DNA from: a bacterium
GTDB lineage: Bacteria > Zhuqueibacterota > Zhuqueibacteria > Residuimicrobiales > Krinioviventaceae
Direction: 5' to 3'
DNA: 64,000 bases
Assembly: GCA_963674595.2 (NCBI GenBank)
Contig: CAXXFV010000007.1
Span: forward strand, 32,001-96,000
The notes under the pieces: generated by a model
The model's input: the letters and a program-made list of their open reading frames with translations, nothing else
Database searches by the model: none
Told to the model about the DNA's origin: nothing
Position numbers and translations under genes: made by a program
Part shown: in pieces, positions 8,644-18,027 of the stretch
Layout: each line of letters starts with the position of its first letter
Position numbering within the stretch: the stretch's first letter is position 1

Positions 8644-9795
8644 ATGTTTGTGAAAAAGGCTGTTCTTTTATTTTCAATGTTCCTTTTTTTCGTGCAGTGT
8701 GGTATGGAATCCCAAAAGGTCCCTGTTGTTCTTGTTGATAAACAGGCTACCTGTGAAACAAAAAATTTATATCAAAATTTGTTTGCGTTCAGCATGGGTA
8801 AATTACTTTTTGGACACCAGGATGATCCGGCATACGGCATTATGTATAACAGCAAAAAGAGCGATGAGCGTTCGGATGTCAAAATTATTCTGGATGATTA
8901 TCCGGCAGTGGCCGGATGGGACATCGGACATTTGGAAACAGGGAGTACACAAAACCTGGACAGTGTTTCTTTTGATTTGATGAAAAAGTGGATTAACGAT
9001 ATTTTTGAAATGAACGGCATCAATACCATTAGCTGGCATGCCGATAATCCTGTTTCCGGCGGCACTACCTGGGACGCGAGTCATGCTGTTTCTGATATTT
9101 TGCCAAATGGCATGTATCATAGTAAATATATAGCCTGGCTCGATACCCTGGGAGGATTTTTCAATTCGCTTCAAACTACGGACGGCACCAGGATTCCGAT
9201 TATTTTCCGACCTTTTCATGAACATACTCATAGCGCTTTTTGGTGGGGGCAGAATAACTGTACGACAGATGAATTTATTCAATTATGGCGTTTTACAGTC
9301 GATTATTTAAAAAACAATTGTAACGTTCATCATCTGATTTACGCCTATTCACCCCATGATGTCAAAAACTATTCGGAATATATGGAACGTTATCCCGGAG
9401 ATGATTATGTGGATGTTATGGGAGTGGATTATTATTTTTGGGGTGAGGTTGATGAAAATAATATAGCGCATTATATTGACCGGTTGGTGCTGAACTGTAA
9501 AATGGCAGAGAGGGCTGCAAAAGAGCACCATAAAATAGCAGCCTTGACTGAAACCGGCAGAGAAAATCTGGATATAAATAACTGGTTCACCTCATGCTTG
9601 CTAAATCCATTAAAAGAGCATCATCTTTTGCAATCCATGGTTTATGCCCTTGTGTGGCGAAATGCCAGGAAAAACCATCATTTTGCTCCCTACAAGGGAC
9701 ATGCGAGTGAAGCGGATTTTAAACGGTTTTATAATGATAAAACAACGGTCTTTTTAAAAAATATGAGGAATTTATATAAAAAATCGGATAAATAG
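8644..9795 (+). CDS. Glycoside hydrolase family 26 (beta-mannanase), probable lipoprotein
   Basis: FGHQDD, SWHADNP, IFRPFHE (acid/base), FWWG, YPGDDYVDVMGVDYY, ALTETG (nucleophile). Confidence 0.9.
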   Translation: MFVKKAVLLFSMFLFFVQCGMESQKVPVVLVDKQATCETKNLYQNLFAFSMGKLLFGHQDDPAYGIMYNSKKSDERSDVKIILDDYPAVAGWDIGHLETGSTQNLDSVSFDLMKKWINDIFEMNGINTISWHADNPVSGGTTWDASHAVSDILPNGMYHSKYIAWLDTLGGFFNSLQTTDGTRIPIIFRPFHEHTHSAFWWGQNNCTTDEFIQLWRFTVDYLKNNCNVHHLIYAYSPHDVKNYSEYMERYPGDDYVDVMGVDYYFWGEVDENNIAHYIDRLVLNCKMAERAAKEHHKIAALTETGRENLDINNWFTSCLLNPLKEHHLLQSMVYALVWRNARKNHHFAPYKGHASEADFKRFYNDKTTVFLKNMRNLYKKSDK

Positions 9796-9851
9796 AGATG
9801 GTTTGGTAAAATAAATTCCAAGTTAAGTTTATAATTTAAAAGGGGTCAGCT

Positions 9852-10598
9852 ATGAAATATTTTACATTTCTATTTCTGCTGGTGTTTATTAATTCATGTC
9901 AACAGGATTTTATAAATACGGAACCGTTACTCTATTCGGAAAAGGACTTGCAGCCTTTGACTGACTCAATACGAATACTTTACTATGATGATGCCGCATA
10001 TATTGAATTTTGTCAGGTACAAAAAGATCCTTTTGCCAGGTATAACCAGATCGAATTGAATGAGAATCGTATTTTATTCTATCAAAACGATTTGCTGAAT
10101 ATTTATGAAAATTGTTATAAAATGAGCAATTCTCTGGTCGAAAATATTCACCACATCCATACACATGGGACTGTCATCCTTTATGGAACAAGTGTTAGTG
10201 TGGATACAAACAAAACCTGGTCACGAAACTGGCAAAAAGGTAAAGAGACCGGTATCACCGGTATAGATGGTTTGATTAAACAGTATGAACTTGAGGTGAA
10301 TTCTTTATTTGAATCTCATGGTCGTATTTGGTATCACATTGCTTCCTCAAAACCCCTCAACACGGTCGCCCTTGTAGAAAAGTTAAATGATACTGCCGAG
10401 TTTGTTCATGTTGAAAGGGAAGGTATAATCGGTAGCGGGTCCTCTATTCGTTTGGAAAAGGATGGTGAATACAGATATTATAAATATATCTATGGCTGGG
10501 GTGACTGTCCATCCGGTTGTATATATCATCACTATTGGACGATTAAAGTGGGCGGTCGTGAAATTGAGCTTATTAAAGAAGGCGGGGACGATTTGTAA
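9852..10598 (+). CDS. Hypothetical lipoprotein
   Basis: Lipobox-like FINSC; C-terminal YGWGDCPSGCIYHHYW motif. Confidence 0.7.
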   Translation: MKYFTFLFLLVFINSCQQDFINTEPLLYSEKDLQPLTDSIRILYYDDAAYIEFCQVQKDPFARYNQIELNENRILFYQNDLLNIYENCYKMSNSLVENIHHIHTHGTVILYGTSVSVDTNKTWSRNWQKGKETGITGIDGLIKQYELEVNSLFESHGRIWYHIASSKPLNTVALVEKLNDTAEFVHVEREGIIGSGSSIRLEKDGEYRYYKYIYGWGDCPSGCIYHHYWTIKVGGREIELIKEGGDDL

Positions 10599-10754
10599 GA
10601 AAAAATATGGGCATTCAAGGAATTTTTTCTTTTGGAATCTGATAATAATTATGGGTATATTAAAAAATTTTATACCGAAAAAAATCTGGCATTTTTGTAA
10701 AAAATGTTTTATGATATGCCGGTACTATGAACTTTTATTTAACACTATTATTTC

Positions 10755-11159
10755 ATGATTAAGATTTTACTTGTTATCGTTGGTTATATATCTCTGGCGC
10801 TGGGAATCGTTGGGATATTCTTGCCGCTTATTCCCACAACGCCGTTTTTGTTACTGGCAGCCATGTCTTTTTTGCACAGTTCAAACAAGTTGTACAACTG
10901 GCTTGTCACTCATAGAATTTTCGGTACATATATAAACGGTTATTTACAATTTCGGGCTATTTCAACAGCCTCAAAAATTGTTACTATGGTGTTGTTATGG
11001 GGTGTTATCGGCACGACTATAATTTTTCACACAGATATTTTCTGGCTCAGGGTTGTTTTGCTTTTAATTGCCGTATCTGTTTCGGTCCATATTTTAATGT
11101 TACGGACGCTTACCAAAGAGATGATGAAACAATTAAAGGTTGAAAAAGAATCATATTAA
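10755..11159 (+). CDS. ybaN: YbaN/DUF454 family inner membrane protein
   Basis: LGIVGIFLPLIPTTPFLLLA...SS...WL..H..FG.YI signature. Confidence 0.9.
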   Translation: MIKILLVIVGYISLALGIVGIFLPLIPTTPFLLLAAMSFLHSSNKLYNWLVTHRIFGTYINGYLQFRAISTASKIVTMVLLWGVIGTTIIFHTDIFWLRVVLLLIAVSVSVHILMLRTLTKEMMKQLKVEKESY

Positions 11160-11534
11160 TTGTTATTTATCAAGAGTTCTCGCTGAAATGAGAATCCGGA
11201 TTTATTGAAATTTTTCAAATATTTTTAGAAATATAACTTGCACACTAAAAGTATGTTTTGTTATATTCTTTTTTCAAGATTGCTGATTACTTTTAACATG
11301 GGTGTTTATCAGGGTCAGGTAATTCTTTTTTTTATTTTCCTTTTTTCAAGTAAGGGTTTGCTGAACAAAACAAATTAATAAAATCTAATTTCAGGTAATA
11401 TTATGTTCAGTTCAAGTATCAAAATTAATACGTCGGAATGCGAGTTGTTTATATTGGTACTAAAATTTATCCCTAAAAACCGGGTATTTTGTTAAGAAAT
11501 AGTTTTATAATAATTATTAAAGAAAGGGAGCATA

Positions 11535-12692
11535 ATGAAAATACGGTCGATTCCAGTTATTTTAGCAGTCCTGTTTTTATTTTCATGTGGACCAAAACTG
11601 ATAATTGATGAAGATCTAAATAGTCTTTCAAAATCCCTGCAAAATGATCCCAATAGTGCTGTCGCGCATTTTAATGTCGGAGTAAAACACTATTCCATGG
11701 AAGAATTTGACAAAGCGATAAAATATTTCAACTCTTCAATTGAAAGGGATCCTCATTTTGCATTGGCATATTTTGGACTCTATTGTGCCGGCGTAGTAAG
11801 GGATAAGCAGATTCATATAGAAATATTAAAGGAAGAACCTGATCCGGCTTTTAAAAGTACGATTGATTCTTTGAATTACTATTTTAACAGCGCATTGACC
11901 TATGATCCTTTTTTGGACTGGAAGCTCTTTACGTTGTTGCTTCCCAAAAAAGAAACAGCAGCTAATATGTATACGCAGGAGGTTTTGGATGAGCTATATA
12001 AAATCCTTCACGACGGTTTCAGAGAGTTCCTGTTGGGAAATTATAAAAATGCTGTGACAGAGCTTGATTATTCGTTAGCCAAATTACCCGACTTTGATCA
12101 GGCTAAATATGTGCGTGGGCTTGCAAAAGCGCATCTAGCCGATTACAACGGGGCAATAACAGATTTTAAATCTCTTACGGATGAGAAAGAAAAAAATAAT
12201 AAAGAAAAAATATTGCCTATTTATCAAAAATCATCAGAGTTGTATTTTTTAATTGGTTCTGCATATTTGAAATTAAATGATCTGGAAAATGCAAAAAATA
12301 GTTTTGAAAAGGTATTGGAAGAAGACCTGAGTTTTTTTATGGCCCATGTCCAGCTTTCCAATATCTATCAACAACTTGGAAATTATAAAGAAGCGCTGAA
12401 CGAAATAGATGCCGCTTTATTCTTGGAACCTGATGATCCGGTTCTCTTGTACAATAAAGGTGTTTTTTGGGCTAAACTTGGAAAGACTGATAATGCTATA
12501 CAAGCTTACAAGGGCTCAATTGAAAAAAACGAATTTTCATATAAAGCTTTTTATAATCTTGGATATGTCTATGAGAAAATGAATAATAAAAGTGAAGCAA
12601 AAAAATATTATTCAAATTTTATCAAAAAAGCCCCGCTTTCTTCTCAAAAGCTGATTGAACAGACAAAGTCAAAAATTATGAATTGGGAATAA
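11535..12692 (+). CDS. Tetratricopeptide repeat lipoprotein
   Basis: Lipobox LFSC; many TPR motifs (AHFNVG, YVRGLA, LYNKG, FYNLG). Confidence 0.85.
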   Translation: MKIRSIPVILAVLFLFSCGPKLIIDEDLNSLSKSLQNDPNSAVAHFNVGVKHYSMEEFDKAIKYFNSSIERDPHFALAYFGLYCAGVVRDKQIHIEILKEEPDPAFKSTIDSLNYYFNSALTYDPFLDWKLFTLLLPKKETAANMYTQEVLDELYKILHDGFREFLLGNYKNAVTELDYSLAKLPDFDQAKYVRGLAKAHLADYNGAITDFKSLTDEKEKNNKEKILPIYQKSSELYFLIGSAYLKLNDLENAKNSFEKVLEEDLSFFMAHVQLSNIYQQLGNYKEALNEIDAALFLEPDDPVLLYNKGVFWAKLGKTDNAIQAYKGSIEKNEFSYKAFYNLGYVYEKMNNKSEAKKYYSNFIKKAPLSSQKLIEQTKSKIMNWE

Positions 12693-12693
12693 A

Positions 12694-14232
12694 ATGAAAA
12701 AGAGAATATTAATAGTAATTTTTTTTCTAGGATTTGGTGTGAATGCAATTTTTGCGCAGGCGTATAAAGATTTGCGGCTGTTTTCTACTGTTATTAATCA
12801 TGTTACATCCAATTATCTGGTTGAAAAAAACAGCTCCGAATTAATATATTACGCAATAAATGGCGTATTACGGTCTCTTGATCCGCACTGCATTTATCTT
12901 AATCCTGAGCAATTTTCCCGTTTTGCCATGATTAGTCAGGGGAAAATGTATGGGATAGGAATTGAATTATATATGGTGTCCGATTCTCCTCTAGTCGTGA
13001 ATGTCGTTGAAAACAGTCCGGCAGATAAATCAGGTATTATGCCGGGCGACATATTAAAAAAAATTAACGGCGTCTCAATCGGTAATTTAACTTTACCCGA
13101 ATTGAAATTAAAGTTTTATGGTGAGGAGGGAAGCAAGGTTTTAATGACATTTCACCGGCATCATACAGATTCCGACTATGATGTTAATGTAGAAAGAAAA
13201 GAAATTGACCAGCCTTCAATCTCTCATTTTTTTAGGTTGGATAATAACACGATATATTTAAAGTGTACGAATTTTTCTTTAAAAACGGCGGAAGAGTTTT
13301 ATGATCATTTAAAAAAAATTGAACCTGACGATTCTGAAAAATTAATTATTGATTTACGAAATAATCCAGGTGGAGAATTACAAAATACCATAAATGTTGC
13401 AAAATATTTTTTGGCAAAAGGTGATACGATTTCGAAAACAATTGGAAGAAAAACCGGGATAAATGAAGTATATGTTAATAAAAAAAATGGTTTTTTTAAA
13501 TTGCCTGTGATCGTTCTCGTAAACCGCAGTTCTGCAAGTGCATCCGAACTACTGGCAGGAGCATTACAGGATAATGACCGGGGTTTAATAATTGGTACCA
13601 ATACATTTGGTAAAGGTTTAATTCAAAGTACCTTTTATCTTGATAATGGCGGCGCAATACTCATGACTATCGGCAAGTATTTAACGCCCTCGGGCAGGTC
13701 CATTCAAAGAGAATTTAAAGATATCCCTTTTGAAAAATATTACAGCCAGATATATAATACCGATTCTTTGAATTATAAGGAAAACCGTTCTGTTTTTAAA
13801 AGTAAAAATAACAGAGAAATTTACGGTGGGGGTGGGGTCATTCCGGATATTTTTATAGAGAGTCAAAATTTGAAATTTGAAGATTTGGATCCAGGTGATC
13901 TAAAATTGTATTTTATAAATTTTGCTTCGAATTATTTACACGAAAATAAAGGTTTTTATAGCCGGTATATAAAATTTTCTGATTTTGACCGGTCTTTTTA
14001 TCTCACAGAAGAAGCATTTAAAAAGACAAATGGCCTGGTTAAAGATATGGATGAAATAATTGACAAAATTGAATTCAATCAGAGTCTTCACAGGTTGATT
14101 AAATCAAATATTGCTGAAATGGTCTGGGGCCCGGAAGAGGCCTTTCTTGTTTTGTTGAAAACAGATAATCAATTAAAAAAAGCAGTCTCATTAAGATCGT
14201 CTCAGGTTGAATATTATCTAAAGCCACATTAG
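12694..14232 (+). CDS. ctpA: S41A carboxyl-terminal processing protease
   Basis: LDPH, PDZ GIGI...SPADKSGI.PGD, DLRNNPGG, SASASE (Ser), TFGKG (Lys), YLTPSGRSIQ. Confidence 0.9.
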   Translation: MKKRILIVIFFLGFGVNAIFAQAYKDLRLFSTVINHVTSNYLVEKNSSELIYYAINGVLRSLDPHCIYLNPEQFSRFAMISQGKMYGIGIELYMVSDSPLVVNVVENSPADKSGIMPGDILKKINGVSIGNLTLPELKLKFYGEEGSKVLMTFHRHHTDSDYDVNVERKEIDQPSISHFFRLDNNTIYLKCTNFSLKTAEEFYDHLKKIEPDDSEKLIIDLRNNPGGELQNTINVAKYFLAKGDTISKTIGRKTGINEVYVNKKNGFFKLPVIVLVNRSSASASELLAGALQDNDRGLIIGTNTFGKGLIQSTFYLDNGGAILMTIGKYLTPSGRSIQREFKDIPFEKYYSQIYNTDSLNYKENRSVFKSKNNREIYGGGGVIPDIFIESQNLKFEDLDPGDLKLYFINFASNYLHENKGFYSRYIKFSDFDRSFYLTEEAFKKTNGLVKDMDEIIDKIEFNQSLHRLIKSNIAEMVWGPEEAFLVLLKTDNQLKKAVSLRSSQVEYYLKPH

Positions 14233-14322
14233 ATTGATTGATCTGTTTGCAAGGAAAATTCTACAATGAATTTTTTAAAACATTGAGGATTTCAGTTTTT
14301 CTGTTAAACCAGAGGAAAAGTT

Positions 14323-14991
14323 ATGAAAAAGTTTATTTGTGTTATTGCATTCGTTTCACTGTTGTCCTGTTCTTCACCAGGATATTATTCAACTAACAGT
14401 TACGAACCGTCATCAATAAAAGATGGTAGTTATATCGTAGATGGGGTGACTACGGTTGCTGAAATGTCTTTTCAGCGAAAAGTCATTTATGATGTTTATT
14501 TTTCCCTCGAATCCAACCAACCGGATAGTGTGATTAAGGATATTCAGGAGCTTGCTAAAAATTGTCACGGTTATATTGTTTTTACACGTAAAAAGAATAT
14601 TAAAATTCGGGTTCCTGTTAAAGAAACGTCCGGTTTAGTCAACCAAATAGAAACATTGGCCAAGGTCGTCGATAAATATGTTTCAGGGCAGGATGTAACG
14701 GAAGAATATTTTGATCTGGAAATTAAAATTGACAATATTGAAAAGGCGCGCAAAAGATATTTGGAATTATTGGCCAAGGCAGAAAATGTACCAGCAGCGC
14801 TTAGCATTGAAAAAGAGTTGGAGAGGCTTCAACGAGAGCTGGACTTGTTAAAAGGTCGTGAAAACAAACTAGAACATTTAATTGCTTATGTGACAATAAA
14901 TGTTGACGTCAATAACTTTGTCAAGCCTGGTCCTTTGGGTTATATTGGTGTTGGTTTATACAAGGCCGTTAAATGGCTTTTTGTTTGGTGA
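14323..14991 (+). CDS. DUF4349 domain lipoprotein
   Basis: Lipobox LLSC; IRVP, QDVTEEYFD, RYLELLAKA, IEKELER coiled coil. Confidence 0.8.
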   Translation: MKKFICVIAFVSLLSCSSPGYYSTNSYEPSSIKDGSYIVDGVTTVAEMSFQRKVIYDVYFSLESNQPDSVIKDIQELAKNCHGYIVFTRKKNIKIRVPVKETSGLVNQIETLAKVVDKYVSGQDVTEEYFDLEIKIDNIEKARKRYLELLAKAENVPAALSIEKELERLQRELDLLKGRENKLEHLIAYVTINVDVNNFVKPGPLGYIGVGLYKAVKWLFVW

Positions 14992-15058
14992 TGTAAAGAG
15001 TTGGTTTTCTAAAATTAAATGAAATTAGCAATTGTTGGTTAATTCATATTATAAAAAC

Positions 15059-15100
15059 AAAAAAGGCACACTGGTTCACAAATACAGTGTGCCTTTTTTT
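15059..15100. terminator. Bidirectional intrinsic terminator
   Basis: aaaaaaggcacactg...cagtgtgccttttttt between convergent genes. Confidence 0.85.
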
Positions 15101-15115
15101 AAATATTAATCTTCC

Positions 15116-16567
15116 TTAAACCATCATCTCTGCTGTTTCCTTTTTCTCTTCGCGGGTCAACAGCTTATTCAGGTTTTTTAAAGACAATCTTGGACTGCAT
15201 ATAACATTTGGGCCGGATAGACACCCGCCTTCACAGGCCATTACTTCAACAAAGTTTCCGTTAAAACCCTGGGGCAGGCGTTTCAGTTCCCGCATTGTTT
15301 TAGAGTTTAATCCGTCAATTAAAATCGGGTCTTTGAGTGTATCGGGCGCAAAGTGTTCGATTGCTCTTGTAACGCCGCCGGAAACAGGAAATCCACGACC
15401 ATCATTTGAGCCGGTTTGTTGTGCCTCCGATTCATTACATTTTTGAACATCAATATCAAATGCCACAAACAATGCGCCCAATTCCTCGATTGAAAGAACA
15501 TAATCAATACCGCTGTTTTTTAAAGCTTCACTGCGTTTGGCAACACAGGGACTGATAAAGACTTGCACCGCATTAGGTGTTTGTTCCCTGACATGTTTTG
15601 CCGTTAACTGCATGGGACTGGGTGTTTGAGAAACAAACGGCTCCAGTTTTGGGATATGTTTTTTAACCGCTTCAACATAGGCCGGGCAGCAGGAGGTCGT
15701 CATAAATTTTTCTCCGGCTTGTAGGCGTTCTTTTAATTCCTGTGCTTCATGTTCAACTGTCAGGTCTGCGCCAAAGGCAACTTCATACACATCATCAAAA
15801 CCGAGTTTTTTGATCGCTGAAATTATTTGTCCCCATTCGGAAGAAAATTGTCCGACCAGGGCCGGTGCAACCAGGGCCGCAACCGGACGATCCGATTTCA
15901 GACTTTTCAGAACATCCACCATTTGTGAACGTTCCATAATCGCGCCGAATGGGCATTCACGCAAACATTTGCCGCAGCTTATACATTTATCAAAATCTAT
16001 CTGTTCTTTGCCATGTTCGTTTTTGCTGATAGCGTTCACCGGGCAGGCCTCTTCACAAGGCACCGGCATATATATTATAGCGTGATAAGGGCATTCGTTC
16101 ATACACTTGCCGCAATTCACACATTTTTCAGGATCAATAACAGCGTGGTCGTTAACCATGGTTATCGCATTTTTAGGGCAATTCATAATACAGGGACGGG
16201 CCACACAACCCTGACACGCATTGGTTACAAAATAATTATTTTTAACACATGAGCTGCACGCTTCATCCATCACGGTTAATATCGGGGCCGTGCATTCCTC
16301 ACGATTAAAACTTTCACGGGCATAAACGGAAAGCGGTTTTAATTCATCGGTTTCATCTTCAATAGAGTGACCCAACAGGGCCATGAGTCTGTATTTTAAA
16401 ACAGCCCGGTCTTTATAAACACAGCATCGAACGGCTGTTCCGTTTTTGGGCGCCATTTCTAAAGGGATTCGGTTTATGGATTCAATATCATCCGAATTTA
16501 TACTTTTTGCCAAACGGACCATCAACTCACGTTTGATCAACGTTGCATTGTTAATATAATTCATCAC
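15116..16567 (-). CDS. Monomeric group B [FeFe]-hydrogenase (HfsD-like)
   Basis: RCCVYK N-terminus, multiple CxxCxxCxxxCP ferredoxin motifs, H-cluster motifs TSCCPAY, SPCVAKRSE, EVMACEGGCLSGP. Confidence 0.9.
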   Translation of the reverse strand: MMNYINNATLIKRELMVRLAKSINSDDIESINRIPLEMAPKNGTAVRCCVYKDRAVLKYRLMALLGHSIEDETDELKPLSVYARESFNREECTAPILTVMDEACSSCVKNNYFVTNACQGCVARPCIMNCPKNAITMVNDHAVIDPEKCVNCGKCMNECPYHAIIYMPVPCEEACPVNAISKNEHGKEQIDFDKCISCGKCLRECPFGAIMERSQMVDVLKSLKSDRPVAALVAPALVGQFSSEWGQIISAIKKLGFDDVYEVAFGADLTVEHEAQELKERLQAGEKFMTTSCCPAYVEAVKKHIPKLEPFVSQTPSPMQLTAKHVREQTPNAVQVFISPCVAKRSEALKNSGIDYVLSIEELGALFVAFDIDVQKCNESEAQQTGSNDGRGFPVSGGVTRAIEHFAPDTLKDPILIDGLNSKTMRELKRLPQGFNGNFVEVMACEGGCLSGPNVICSPRLSLKNLNKLLTREEKKETAEMMV

Positions 16568-16833
16568 AATTCCTCACTTTCATTGATCATTTTTTCCAGA
16601 ACTCCAATGATTTTGGGAATTGTAGCCTGACTGATAATTTTATCATTTATTTTGACAAACGGCGCTTTACCTGCTGATGTGTCTTTACATATATCCATAC
16701 ACGTGCAGCCGACAATATCTACTTTATTCTTTAATGTTTCAGATAAATTTTCCTCAAGCAGCAAAAGCTCTGCTCCGCCCATTACAAAACAATTTGTTCC
16801 TGTACAAATCGTTATTTTTATTTTATTATCCAT
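16564..16833 (-). CDS. Thioredoxin-like [2Fe-2S] ferredoxin
   Basis: ICTGTNC...CTCMDIC...APFVKIN. Confidence 0.85.
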   Translation of the reverse strand: MDNKIKITICTGTNCFVMGGAELLLLEENLSETLKNKVDIVGCTCMDICKDTSAGKAPFVKINDKIISQATIPKIIGVLEKMINESEEL

Positions 16834-16842
16834 TATGGCTCC

Positions 16843-18027
16843 TCAGATAAATCGTAGTAAAGTTTCTTTTAAATATTTTTTTTCCATTATTTGGACCAGC
16901 CTTTTAAAAATATTTCGTCGTATTTCCAGCTCAACAGGTACATTCGGATCTTGATGGGCATCATTTATTTTTGTGCCGACAACAAAATGGATAATGTCAC
17001 TGTTTAATAAAAGGTCAATAAACTTGCTGAGGCCGTTATTTAAATTGGTGTTGAGAGTTTCGTTTTTCTCCAAAGATTCAACCAGTTTTCCCAATGTAAT
17101 TGTGCCTTCAGTTATCAAATCAACCCCGGACATAATTGAAGTAGGGGGGATTTCCCTGTCAAAAGATTTCATGTCAACGGTAATTTTTTGATTTATTTCA
17201 CGGGCAATAATATTGGCCGTTGTACCGCCGCAAATAATTTTTTTACCCTGAAATGTGGAAATAATCCGGCCCATGTCCTGGTCTTTTGCTTTGTCGATAG
17301 GTGGTCCGGACATGACCAATAGCCGTCTGGGTTCTCTAAAATATATCACGCCGCAGGTGATATCATCCAGGGCCTTGTTATTGTCATTTCGAAAAGCCTG
17401 TTTTACAATTGTTTGTGATAAATCTCTGGCGGAAATTGTCGGTTCGATATTGACCTGCTGCCTGATAAAATCGGCTGTTTTATTTTCACCCCAGCCAAAA
17501 GGGTGTTCCGGTGACCCGATACCGGACTGGGTAACGCCGTCTGAAAAGAGTACAATACGGTCTCCGAGACTTGCTTTAAATTTTGAATAATAAAGCTTTT
17601 TTGTCTCACCTTTTTCGTTGGTAATCTCTATAGGCTCTTTGTGCATGTTTACAATTTTCTTTTGGCTCATCAGCATATAGGAGGGATTGTCATATTCAAT
17701 AATACGCGTTGAACCATCTTTATCAATATCTACTATGGTGAATGTGGAATAACTGATTTTACGGATTTTGCAAACCGGCAGCGTTTTCATAATTACCCGG
17801 GCTGTTTTTCGAATGTCAAAATCATGGGTTGCATAGTTTAACGCCATGGTCGCTGTTAACGTGGAAAGCACATTAGCCTTTACGCCGCTTCCAAGTCCGT
17901 CCGATAAAACGGAAATGATGCGGTTTTTTTCTTTAATTCGTTGTGAAATAAAAGTATCACCGCCAACCAGTTGTTTCTCTTTAAATTTGTTGGAATGATC
18001 AATTTCAATATATGATGAATCCGTCAT
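16843..18027 (-). CDS. SpoIIE/PP2C-type Ser/Thr phosphatase (HfsC-like)
   Basis: SDGLGSGVKAN, ISYSTF, FSDGVTQSG, DDITC, CGGTTA. Confidence 0.9.
   Translation of the reverse strand: MTDSSYIEIDHSNKFKEKQLVGGDTFISQRIKEKNRIISVLSDGLGSGVKANVLSTLTATMALNYATHDFDIRKTARVIMKTLPVCKIRKISYSTFTIVDIDKDGSTRIIEYDNPSYMLMSQKKIVNMHKEPIEITNEKGETKKLYYSKFKASLGDRIVLFSDGVTQSGIGSPEHPFGWGENKTADFIRQQVNIEPTISARDLSQTIVKQAFRNDNNKALDDITCGVIYFREPRRLLVMSGPPIDKAKDQDMGRIISTFQGKKIICGGTTANIIAREINQKITVDMKSFDREIPPTSIMSGVDLITEGTITLGKLVESLEKNETLNTNLNNGLSKFIDLLLNSDIIHFVVGTKINDAHQDPNVPVELEIRRNIFKRLVQIMEKKYLKETLLRFI

Noticed and set aside
11160-11534. Long intergenic region as a possible riboswitch or sRNA
   Set aside because: No recognisable aptamer core or strong stem found by eye
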